A DNA stretch of 64,000 nt, from contig NIVC01000438.1 in NCBI GenBank assembly GCA_002269645.1, positions 349,379-413,378 of the forward strand, in the 5' to 3' direction. The DNA is from Macrostomum lignano (Eukaryota). The position numbers and the translations under genes are program-made. The notes below the pieces were generated by a model. It had not been told where the DNA came from, ran no database searches, and saw only the letters and a program-made list of their open reading frames with translations. Below are positions 49,201 through 60,689 of this stretch, in pieces (position 1 is the stretch's first letter; each line of letters opens with the position of its first letter).

Positions 49201-49596
49201 TATAACAAATGATAATTCAGCGATACCCTTCATAGCAGGACCGCCCACGTGTCCAGAATCTTGAACGAATTGTGGAAATAAAAATCTGGCTTTGGAAATG
49301 TCGTGTGTATTCCCTCTACAAATTGAGGCGGGGGGAGAAGTTTCCCACTGCGGTGACAGCTGCGTCGAACTTCCGGCCATGTCGCGTGACAGCCCACCCA
49401 CTCGCGTTTTCCCTTTCCCTATCCTTGCCGAAGGGATGGGAAGCGAGGAATAAAGCAAGACAAAAATGTGCAACAAGGGATTACGAGGAGTGACGCCAAA
49501 ATCGCCCCAGTCAGTCGCTAATGAGCTTCAAAAACATCACTTGCAAGGCGATACTAGTACTTTTTATAATGTTGCTTCGTTTCAGATCGGCTGACC

Positions 49597-51102
49597 ATGC
49601 TGCTAACAAAGGACAAAATCATCGAACTAGTGGCCACAGTGATGGGCCTGATCATCAACTCGATCACCATGGTAGCGCTGTGCAGCTGGGGCAAACGAAA
49701 GCTCACCAACCGAGCGCGATTGTTAGTAAGCATCACGGCAGCGAATCTCGTAGCAGCTATAGGCGTCGTGATAAGTCTACTAGCCGCTGTCTACAGGCCA
49801 GCAACGAACATGTTCTGCTATAAATGGACAGACATGCTAGTGGAAGACATCAGGATAAGCGGTACCATCCTGATTACACTCGGCCTGTGCAGCTTGAGCC
49901 TGGATTTGTACCTGACAGTGAACCATTCCCTGCAGTATCAGATCCACTCGCGACCAATTACCAGTGTAACCATCGCTAGCAACTGGATTTTGGGCATCTT
50001 TCTTGGCGCATTGTCGTTTTTAGTAAAACTAGCCAAGTCTGAAAACAGTGTACAAGAGGCGCGAGCCCAGTGTAACATTGACAAACTACTTGTAACAAAA
50101 CATTCCAACACATCAGCGGGACTTGCAACGCCTCTGAAATTCACGCCGCAGAATTGGAAGCTGGTAAACTACATAACCCTGCCGCCACTTCCATCAAATT
50201 ACGTGGAAATCTCGGCGCCGTTGTACCTGCCACGTTCGCGTGACTCGTCATCTACGCGGAATAATTGGACTCCCGTGACCATCCCGCCGCTGCCACCAGT
50301 GCCGCTGCATGGCAATGACCTGCTATCAATTTCTACGCCACGTTCTCCAGCGCAGCCTCAATCGAATGGCACAATACTGATGCACATGTCGAGATATTTC
50401 GGGTATGCTACGCAGACTGTTGTCACAGCGATTGGCTTGCTACTAATCAGCACTTTCTTGGCCCTTATATTTCGACGCATCCTGCGTCCGGTTTGCGGTC
50501 AAAGACGCGTAATCGCCAGCAGACGCAGAGGCGCCTGCACAATATTTCTACTGTTGCTGACATTCATCATAACAATGCTACCGGGACTGCTCACTGAACT
50601 GTACATGCTTGTGCAGGTGGTGCTGCACACTGGCAGTGAAATAATTCGCGACGAGGTGTACCACTTCATGTGGGTCCAGCCGTATTTAGATGCGCTAACG
50701 ACCTGCTATGCAGTGGCCAGTCCAATCATTCTCTACACCCGAATGCGAGAAGTTCGCAAAAGCTATCGTCACGTGCTGTTTGGCTTCAAACAGAAATTCC
50801 AGCGAAGCAGCGGGGCAGATGTCGGCGGCGCGCTGACGGCAGCGACAGGCGTAGGAGAAACGGCCGCCGTGCGCAGCGCGACAGTAGCGGCGACGCTGCT
50901 GGCATCCAGCAACAACGTGGCCTCCCGGAGGCACCGGCAGCGAAGTCAAAACGACGCGGAACAAGAAAGCGACGAGTCAAACAATAGCAATGAAAATTTA
51001 TTACACCTAAATGGGCGCTGCACCTTGTCCTCGCCCAGCGACAACTGGGCTGGGAACGAAGACGATATTCGACATCTGATTACTCATAGCACACCTCTGT
51101 AA
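49597..51102 (+). CDS. Intronless class A (rhodopsin-like) GPCR, divergent orphan, 501 aa
   Basis: Seven hydrophobic segments; TM1 GLIIN, TM3 LSLDLY (DRY variant), TM4 W, TM6 TFIITMLP, TM7 ASPIILY followed by helix-8 MREVRKSY; acceptor tttcag just upstream at 49586. Confidence 0.88.
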   Translation: MLLTKDKIIELVATVMGLIINSITMVALCSWGKRKLTNRARLLVSITAANLVAAIGVVISLLAAVYRPATNMFCYKWTDMLVEDIRISGTILITLGLCSLSLDLYLTVNHSLQYQIHSRPITSVTIASNWILGIFLGALSFLVKLAKSENSVQEARAQCNIDKLLVTKHSNTSAGLATPLKFTPQNWKLVNYITLPPLPSNYVEISAPLYLPRSRDSSSTRNNWTPVTIPPLPPVPLHGNDLLSISTPRSPAQPQSNGTILMHMSRYFGYATQTVVTAIGLLLISTFLALIFRRILRPVCGQRRVIASRRRGACTIFLLLLTFIITMLPGLLTELYMLVQVVLHTGSEIIRDEVYHFMWVQPYLDALTTCYAVASPIILYTRMREVRKSYRHVLFGFKQKFQRSSGADVGGALTAATGVGETAAVRSATVAATLLASSNNVASRRHRQRSQNDAEQESDESNNSNENLLHLNGRCTLSSPSDNWAGNEDDIRHLITHSTPL

Positions 51103-51837
51103 CACTTTTCGACTATGGGTATAATTGCTTTATCTGGCTTATTACTTTGTATTAGATAAAACGGCTGCAAAAATTGGTAATTGTCGTGTAATATAATTCA
51201 TAATTGTTGCATATCCCGTAAATTTGCATACATAATTCGGTAAAGTACAAGCTAAAGCACTCAACTTTTCTGCGAGTTAACCGTCTCTTCGAAAATAGAA
51301 ACTTTAAAATGTAAAAAACTGTATGTTGCAGGGGTCGAGGCTGATGGGCACTAAAGTAAGAACTAACAATTAAGTATTCGTAGCCAGATTAACTTCAACT
51401 GAATTCATAGCTTGTTCGACTAAAAGCTCAAGCTTATACCTTTCACTGAATTGTCAATCATATGCTAATTTTCATTCAACTTCCCGTATTTGACGTTTCC
51501 GTGGTCTGAAGCGACACCGATGCATGTGTTAATTGAATTCTGCGCGTGAACTTTGTTTTGAACTAAGTACCCGAACGCAATTTATTGTATGTCTTTTCAT
51601 CAGTCGAGATAGATCTGAACTCTATGAGTGTTATTTACGATCCATATGTTGAACTGTTGTTGTGCATTTTTAGAGCTAGAAACTATCCTGCAATAAACAA
51701 GTTTTATCACGTTTTATTATCTATTATTCGAAATGCTGAGCAAAGCTTATAACAATTTTAGACATGTACGCATTCGTTTTGTAAAAAGATTTAGAAAAAA
51801 TGGGCATTTTTTCAGAATCAGAAAACTTACTGATTGA

Positions 51838-52590
51838 GAGAGAGAGAGATAAGTGTTTTCGGCGCCTCAGCCATTGATCAGGCTCTTACGCCACTAGAGA
51901 TATATAGATTCCAGGTTGGGAGTGTACTAATGTACACAAGATCCTAATTAGAGCTAAGAGGACTGTACATCGAGCCGAGCAAGCGGCGCCAGTCAGGCCG
52001 AGAGCGGGCCCTACCCCCGACCCTCAGAGCGTACGCTTACCCCAAACCCAATTGGCTTATCTAAACCTCCCCGGGGCTGGCAGGGGTTAAGTGAACCTCG
52101 GGGGCAGCCCGTGCCTTCTCCTGGGTTAGAATATGCCAAAAAGTGGTCCGAGGACCTCCCCACGGCCGTGGCCACCCGGAGGAGCCTCCCCACCTACCAG
52201 ACCCCGGGTACTCTTGCCAAGACAGTCTCTTATCATTAAAGCGGCAGGATGGCTAATCGCTGGGACTGTTTCACCCTTTGCTTCGCCAACCCACCATTTC
52301 TATAGTGACCGTGCCAACGGTCCCGTCCTGCTCAGACTCAGTCCTGGTTCTGGCACACTCCAGCTTTAATAGGGTCGCTGGCTGTTCGCTCAGAGGGCAC
52401 TCCGAGGGGGACCGTCAGAGCACCAACTGGAACAGGTATAGGCCTGCCTTCCTATACAGCTACCCACAGCCCTTCCTGATCCACTATTACCCTCCAACCC
52501 AGCCTACTAACTCATTACAAGCTTTCGGCCAGGCAGAGACAAGTTTCACAGGGGTACTGCGGTTAGGCGCCTCTATGCGAGACAAAACCA
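51838..52590 (-). mobile_element. 753-bp non-coding retroposon-like insertion (SINE or 5'-truncated LINE) with a (TC)n tail
   Basis: Perfect 25-bp direct repeat cagaatcagaaaacttactgattga at 51813-51837 and 52591-52615; microsatellite tail and a short 3' hairpin (ggcg..gagcc..ggct..cgcc) on the minus strand. Confidence 0.75.
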
Positions 52591-53049
52591 CAGAATCAGA
52601 AAACTTACTGATTGATTTTTCAGTGTCACTCAGTATAAGCGATGAACGAATAAGCATTGAGCAAGTAGCTACTTTTAGATTATCTATGGTTTGTACTACT
52701 TGCTTTCTTCATCCGAAGAGTAGGCTAAATGCGTATCTTTTTTGCTCTGCGATTTTCATGCTGAGAGACCGAATAAGCATATTCTGGGTGAAATATTCGG
52801 TGGTCTTACCATTCGATACAGCAGATGCGCAAGGACTTGTGGTAAACACAGTTTGGAAAATTTTTAAACAGCCTTCGAACTTTGAAAACGATCCTTTTTT
52901 CTGATTAGTAATGCGCAGATTCCCACGCTAAGAGCTAAGAAACATTTAGGCAGACAGTTAAGAACACAAAAATGCAAGTTTTTGCTATTCAATAAAAATT
53001 TACACCAGTTAGCAACTGAATTTTCGGGGAAAAAAACTGAGAGCCAGAC

Positions 53050-53222
53050 CTGCTCTAAGAAAGTAGGCACTCAATGAGTCGAAACGCAAGCCGGAGTCTG
53101 CGAGACATTCGGCATCGGATACGGCACTTGCAGCTGCGGCAAACATCGCCTGAGCTAGAAGAAGACCGCCGTACATTGAGCTGCCTTCGCTGTCTCCCAG
53201 CCACACTTGGCTCAGTTCGGCA
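53050..53222 (-). CDS. ACOT8: Displaced ACOT8-like exon 2 (173 nt, phase 2 to 1)
   Basis: AELSQVWLGDSEGSSMYGGLLLAQAMFAAA...FDSLSAYFLRAG matches the TesB/ACOT8 N-terminal FGGQ..QAL.AA and SLH.YF.RAG motifs; acceptor tttttag, donor gtctgg. Confidence 0.75.
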
Positions 53223-55254
53223 CTAAAAATTTATAAATTATGTAGGTAGAAACATTAGTACACGTGTACTAAATTGAATAAGTACAGAGTTCAATTAAAA
53301 CACTTTTATAGAACGCAGACAGATGAAATTAAAAAAATCGGACTAAAAAATGTAATGAAAAAACGCAGATCGTCAATGGCATTCCACTAGTCACACAACA
53401 CAATTTCGTTTGATTGCTTTTGAAACAGAAAATAATCGGTGAAAAACAATGAAGCAAAAGTGAGACTCCGTAAAAATCAGGCTTAGCCCGGAAATTAATG
53501 TCGGGGCTAAGCCACCCGGGAAGATTTGTTGGGATTTAATTTTAACAACTCACCGACTGAGAATTGAGGAACGGAAAACTCCATCAGCCTGACGAGTCAG
53601 ACCGAAGATTGCCCGCCACAGCGGCGCCCCTGCGGCCTTCATCCACGCTTGCATGCGACTGGAATGAATTTAGCCGCTAATTTTTACTTATAAAAGCAAA
53701 TCCATTATTAAAATCGATCTTTTTCAAAGACACCTGAGACCTAGGCTGGGCCTATATTCAGGGGAGGGCAGAGGGCATCCTGGCGACTTGGTCCCAGAAC
53801 CGGCTCTGACGGCAATTCTGCCCATTTAGCTGACCCTGAGCACATACATGTACTAGCTCGCCAATACTTAACGCAGTCACGCACTCATACATACGGATGT
53901 ACAGACTGTTGGGTGTGGCCATAGACGATTCAGTCGCACACATCCATGAGCTAAAAAAGCAATGCTTCCAGGTTGGAAAATAAAAAAGAACGTTACGATA
54001 ACATGAAATAAGACGCTCGGTTAAGAGAGCAAATATTAAGAATTAAGAAGTCTTGGCTCACTGTCTTCCGCTAGAGAAGAAGTCATCACACAGACCAGAC
54101 AGGAGTGATTTCGTTTCAATCTCAATATCATAAATTTTGAGGAAATGAAAAGCTTCGACAAAGCATCGCTAATGTGATCTCTGTTAACAAGTTTCCGTTC
54201 GTTGTTTCTTTTATTAGCTATGAGAATCCTTTGTCTGGAGAATTCTTTGTCTCGAGACAGAGACTGTGTTTGTACTTAAAACAAGCGACACTAATTAAGA
54301 ACAGTGGGTACTTTGACAATAGAGGACATGGCGTTTGTGAGAAATTGTGAGAAATCTTTTCCTGTCTCTGTTGTCCCTACAGCAATGGTTTCCGCTGAAA
54401 AAAAATGCATAAAGATGGTTGAAGAGTGGCCCAACTAGCAAATAGTTGATAATTAAAGGATTAGACAATATCGAAAAAATACATATTGACGGAGCTTTTA
54501 AGTAAATTTTATGAAACTATCAATCATAAAGCTTTCAGATAAAAAAACTATTTTGATCATGTACATATCGGCAATTTATAGTTCTTACAATTTTCTAGAA
54601 TTACTTTAAATTAAAAATTAACGTCAAGTCAAAAAAGCTTTAAATGATTTCTTTGAAAACTAAATTCCAAAACAGAAGCTTAGAGCCATGGCGCGATGGT
54701 ATGGAGGCTTTGTCACACTTTTAATATTTTGTTTTATCCTAAGTGTGACATGTGTATTTTATTGAGATTTCTCAAAGCCCAGTTTTAAATTAGACCGTCA
54801 AAAAACAAAAAAATCAAGCTGAAATAAAAACGCGCTACTACTAACAATGAGAAGTTTGTCAGTAGTATAAAAAATGAAAAAAAGTAGCTTAAGTCATTGA
54901 GCACAGGACAATACCCTGACGAAGCATTTTAGACAACACGAGACTAAAAAGCAGAACTTTATTGATCACATTTTAAACTAAATACTATAAGAGCATTAAA
55001 TAATAATTTCACTAAACGCATTACTACTGTAAAATAAGAAATCTAAAACTTTATTATATTAAAGTACAACATCGCTGCAAAAGTATGAGAAGACTTCTAA
55101 ACACACAAAGGTGACTACTTAAGGATTAACGTATCTTTTAAAAAGGTAAAAAATGATTGCACAGCGCTAATTTCAATAAACTTTAGCTTGCATCTCACTT
55201 TGTCTTTTATCTCAGAAAATTGAATCTTGGATTTGCGTCACCATAGGATCTCTC

Positions 55255-56150
55255 ACAAGTGTATCTAATCTCAGCATCTCTCACCTTAAAACCAGTGTAT
55301 ATAATCTCAGCATCTCTCACCTCATCAGTATATCTAATCTCAGCATCTCTGACCTCATCATTAGTGTATCTAATCTCAGCATCTTTCACCTTATCAGTGT
55401 ATCTAATCTCAGCATCTCTGACCTCATCATTAGTGTATCTAATCTCATCATCTTTCACCTTATCAGTGTATCTAATCTCAGCATCTCTGACCTCATCACC
55501 AGTGTATCTAATATCAGCATCTCTCACCTCATCAGTATATCTAATCTCAGCATCTCTCACCTCATCACCAGTGTATCTAATCTCAGCATCTCTCACCTCA
55601 TCACCAGTGTATCTAATCTCAGCATCTCTCACCTCATCACCAGTGTATCTAATCTCAGCATCTCTCACCTCATCACCAGTGTATCTAATCTCAGCATCTC
55701 TCACCTCATCACCAGTGTATCTAATCTCAGCATCTCTCACCTCATCACCAGTGTATCTAATATCAGCATCTCTCACCTCATCACCAGTGTATCTAATATC
55801 ATCATCTCTCACCTCATCACCAGTGTATCTAATATCATCATCTCTCACCTCATCACCAGTGTATCTAATATCATCATCTCTCACCTCATCACCAGTGTAT
55901 CTAATATCATCATCTCTCACCTCATCACCAGTGTATCTAATCTCAGCATCTCTCACCTTAAAACCAGTGTATCTAATCTCAGCATCTCTCACCTTATCAG
56001 TATATCTAATCTCAGCATCTCTCACCTCATCATTAGTGTATCTAATCTCATTATCTTTCACCTCATCAGTGTATCTAATCTCAGCATCTCTCACCTCATC
56101 ATTAGTGTATCTAATCTCAGCATCTCTCACCTCATCATTATATCAAATCT
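55255..56150. repeat. ~30-33 bp minisatellite (tcaccagtgtatctaatctcagcatctctcacc) just 3' of the ACOT8 stop
   Basis: Tandem array, open on both strands. Confidence 0.92.
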
Positions 56151-56191
56151 CAGCGTCAATTGTCAATATAGAACTAATTATTAACATTTCA

Positions 56192-59189
56192 CTAAGCTTT
56201 CACGCCAGCGTCACCGACACTAACATTGGCAGCACCGCTAGCCCGCTCTTTTTCCGTTGGCCTTTGCATTCGCACCAGGCCCTCCTGAAAGATTGTAGCC
56301 ACCAGAGAGCCGTCTCTGCGCCACAGGTTGCCTTTGTTGCTGGTTCGGCCCCGGCCGCCATAGAGGCAGTGCGACTCGGATAGAAGATAGTCGCTGGGCG
56401 AAAGCATCGGCTCGTGAAAGTACACGGAATGATCCAGCGAGGTGACGAATGCTTTGTGCAATCGAACGCTGCTTAGACCGGCGACCAGGATGCCCATGTC
56501 GGCCAGGTAGGTCGTGAGGATGTGGCTCTGCTGACTGCTGAGCTGCAGGTTGAAACAGGTGGGGAGCTGGGAGGCTGATGGCATAGTAAATGAGGATCTG
56601 GGAGGCTGGTGGCATAGTAACTGAGGATCTGGGAGGCTGGTGGCATAGTAACTGAGGATCTGGGAGGCTGATGGCATAGTAAATGAGGATCTGGGAGGCT
56701 GGTGGCATAGTAACTGAGGATCTGGGAGGCTGGTGGCATAGTAACTGAGGATCTGGGAGGCTGGTGGCCCAGGATTTGGGAGGCTGGCATAGCAACTGAG
56801 GATCTGGGAGGCTGGTGTCTCAGAAACTGAAGATCTGGGAGGCTGGCTCAGCTACTGAGTATCTGGGAGGCTGGCCCAGCAACTGAGGATCTGGGAGGCT
56901 GGCCCGGCAACTGAGGATCTGAGAGGCTGGCTCAGCAACTGAGGATCTGGGAGGCTGGCGTCTCAGAAACTGAGGATCTGGGAGGCTGGCCCAGCAACTG
57001 AGGATCTGGGAGGCTGGCCTAGCAACTGAGGATCTGAGAGGCTGGCCCAGCAACTGAGGATCTGGGAGGCTGGCCCAGCAACTGAGGATCTGGGAAGCTG
57101 GCCCAGCAACTGAGGATCTGGGAAGCTGGCCCAGCAACTGAGGATCTGGGAAGCTGGCCCAGCAACTGAGGATCTGGGAGGCTGGCCCAGCAACTGAGAA
57201 TCTGGGAAGCTGGCCCAGCTACTGAGGATCTGGGAGGCTGGCGTCTCAGCAACTGAGGATCTGGGAGGCTGGCGTCTCAGCAACTGAGGATCTGGGAGGC
57301 TGGCGTCTCAGCAACTGAGGATCTGGGAGGCTGGCGTCTCAGCAACTGAGGATCTGGGAGGCTGGCGTCTCAGCAACTGAGGATCTGGGACTGGGTATCT
57401 GGGAATAAAGCACACGGAGACATGCATTTAGAGCAATAAATATTACTCACCTGAGCTTTAGTCTCCTGAGCTTCTCGAAACCGAACCCAGGAATGGACGG
57501 TCGGCTCGTCTGACGGCCGGACGCGAAAGTACACCAGCGGATCAGTGGGCTGCAGCTCCACTGGCACATGGGTGAACTGTTCCACGCGCTGTTTGACAGC
57601 TTTGCGCAGATTTGGAGACAGATCCTCATTGCTGAAGTGGAGAAATTTACAAATTTACAAAAAACGGTCAATTTATTGAATTAAAATTCAATTAAATGTG
57701 CCAAACTCACAAATGTGCCAATATTTATCACAGAAAATAATCACTTACGCAATAAGGGCCGCCAAGAATCCCATCAGATCTAGGTCCTCAGGCTGCAAAG
57801 TCTTTGGCATCGGTTGAGTAATATGCACTATATCGGCCTCGGGTTTCGAGAATGAAGCAATCATTGAGAAGATTGTTTTGTCCTTTTGAACGCCTTCAAT
57901 CATGCGACTAGTGTAGGAGCGGCCGTCGCGGATTTGTCTAACGTGATAGTACACTGGCAGAGCTTGGTCGCCTAAACATTATAGGAATAAGTAAATGTTA
58001 CACTACTACTACTACTACTAATATAATGTTCAAGTAGTAACATTAGCAAACTGATGAAAATCGCATACATTTGTATCTCCTGAGGCGGATTGTTAAACCA
58101 AAACCGTAGATTTTTATGCTTCTATTACCCAAGGGGTTCCCCGAAGGTCATTAAATTGAAAACGGAATTACCTATTCTAAAAATAGCAACAGGCTTTTCG
58201 GATCCTGCATATTAGGTTGTTTGGGCCTTTGCGAAAGCTAAACCACAGTGTACATTCTACGCGGCAGCGCCCACCCCACTCCGCGGCAATAAATTTTATA
58301 GCCCGCTCAAACGTACATTTTACGAGTACAACAAGCTAGCCGGCAATAAAATATCCAGTCTCGCAGCCAGCCCAGCCACCTAACCAAACGTTCTATTAGT
58401 TTCACACTTGTCTACCCCCCTCGGAATGTTTACAACTTAACAAGATATAAAGCTTTACCAAGCGAGATAAAATAGCTGTGAAAACTGTGACACAGCCGAT
58501 CCTCTGGCACGGTTTTATAGGCAGCCGAGAGGCACTGAGCGGCTACTTGGCCGCCGAATAAGCCGCGTCTAGTGCCCTGCCAAAGCGGCTGGCTGCTGAA
58601 ATGTCAATGGGTGGGGAGTGCGATGCGAGCTCAATGCTCTACTAAAATAAGTAGAGTGTAAGTATATTTATTTTCTAAATTTGTCAAAAATCTGTAAAAG
58701 TCGCGATAGTAAAAATCTGTATCTGTACTGCTTTATTTAATAAAATATTATATAAATTTCTAATGTATCATTTAATCTACATTTAGTCGAAAGGAGAGGA
58801 GAAGAGAGGAGAGGAGAGGAGAGGAGAGGAGAGGAGAGAAGAGGAGAGGAGAGGAGAGGAGAGAAGAGGAGAAGAGAGGAGAGGAGAGAAGAGGAGAAGA
58901 GAGAGGTGAGAGAAGAGAGCTAAGAAGAGACACAAACCCTGAGCGGGCCGGATTGCTTCTGAGAAGTTTCAAAAGGACCCGAGGGCCGGATACAGATGCT
59001 TTGTGGACCTCTGATTTAATTCGACAAAAACGTCATTTTAACCTCACTTCAATAATAGCCATTAAGGACACGTATGTTTGACAACAGCAAAGACACTCAC
59101 CCAGGTATCAATATAGACCTGTAGACATTTCCCCCAACAGATTCGAGTTCGAATAGCAGTTTAGTTAGACGACTAAAGTAGGAACTCAT
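56192..59189 (-). CDS. ACOT8: Acyl-CoA thioesterase 8 / TesB-like (exons 59189-59101, [exon 2 absent in place], 57971-57749, 57631-57451, 56542-56192)
   Basis: [14 protein letters not shown]; [20 protein letters not shown]...IFSMIASF; [37 protein letters not shown] (D/S/Q catalytic motifs of TesB-type enzymes); exons 3-5 join in phase. Confidence 0.88.
56570..57390. repeat. ~28-31 bp intronic minisatellite (gcccagcaactgaggatctgggaggctg)
   Basis: Tandem array in the last ACOT8 intron; same family as 1-205. Confidence 0.92.
58790..59005. mobile_element. Partial copy of the GA-tract hAT MITE family
   Basis: (GAGGA)n followed by gagcgggccggattgct...aaaggacccgagggccggata, matching 13744-13800; TIRs not seen. 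Confidence 0.6.
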
Positions 59190-60689
59190 TGGCAAGACCG
59201 TTTCGTTAATAAACGACAATATATCGGCTGGAATAAAAACAGGAGAAATGGCTTTAAAAAATGAAGTACAATACATGATTTATGATTATACCTAGTCAGC
59301 AAAAGAAAACAGTTCGATTTTTCTTAGCACAAGAAAATCGGCTGAATGTAAGAGAAGCTTCAATCTTGAGCATAGATAGATCAATTGAGTCGGTGAAATT
59401 ACTGCTTAATTATCCCAACTGATCTCATTTCCTGAAATCCTGCCGACAGCGAAACGATAGGGTCGCAGCAAAGACGCCGCTATACAGCAGGAAATGAATT
59501 TAAGAAAAGCAGGAGAACTATAAGACACACAAGATAAAAAGCGAGCAGCTGTCTTCGCTCCCGACAGAGATGCCAATGTCTCCCTCTGCCCGTAATCAGC
59601 TTGCACTTCCGGGGTAGCTAAATATAGCTGCCTATATGTATCGGAAGCACGAAATGCGTATCAAATTAGGCAGATAAGAAAGAACAAGGCAAACTCAATT
59701 TCTTGTTTAGGGGGGGGGTAGTAGAGAGCCGGTAAACACGTCCCCCTCATGAGGGAAAATTGACCCCCTCATGGGGGCCAGAACCTGAGGAAGGCACTGA
59801 GACACAAGGCACTGAGGTACAAAGCCCCAAAGTTGTGACCAAAAGCGTTGTAACTCATATAGTAACTCATTTTAATAAATTGAGGATCGAATAAATTTAC
59901 ATGATTTCAGCTTGATTAAGAAAGGAAAAAACCTCCGGATAGAACACCCAGCGTTACGCGAGGTTAAATAATAAAATTTAAATGAAGTCGAGCGTCCCTG
60001 GAGACTTTCAAGTATTAATAAAATTAAAAGCATAGGTTTTAACTGTTGCGAGCTAAGGCAATACACTCCAGCCATATACTTAACTGAGACTTAAATTGAA
60101 AAAAAGATGTTTCACTGCACGATAGATTGGCTCATAAATGCAGCTTTGAAAGAATTTTTTTAGCATAAGTCTTTTGGCTGGGGATCGGGTTGCGGCCTAG
60201 CTAGCTGGTATTGATTGAGCACCAGGCAGAGATGGCGGGAGACTAAAAGATAGAAAGAGACGAGAGAAGACTTGAGCGAGTGCACACAACCGACAGAGTT
60301 GCTGCACGGCCAATATTGCCCGGCAGTATAAAAGTGCAACGAAGCCGGAAAAATAGGTGTCGCACGGCAGTCTATAACACACGCCAAGCACGAAAGCTGT
60401 CCACACACCACACATACTGAGTGGCTTATATGGTGGCACCCACATAAGTATGGCCTCATCTCTATCCCTCTCTAAACAGTTCCTCTTGGAATTTTATGGA
60501 CCTTGCCTTGTTTATTGCTAGACACCTACTTCAACAAAAGTTGATATGCCTTTCACTTACATGACATACTGCACTGCACTACACACACAAACCAAGAGAT
60601 TGGAATTTATTAAAAAAGTGAACCACGAGCGTAGGCTCGGCTTTACACTAGAAATGCTTCAAAGTTAGTAGTAACGTTTACGAAAAAAT

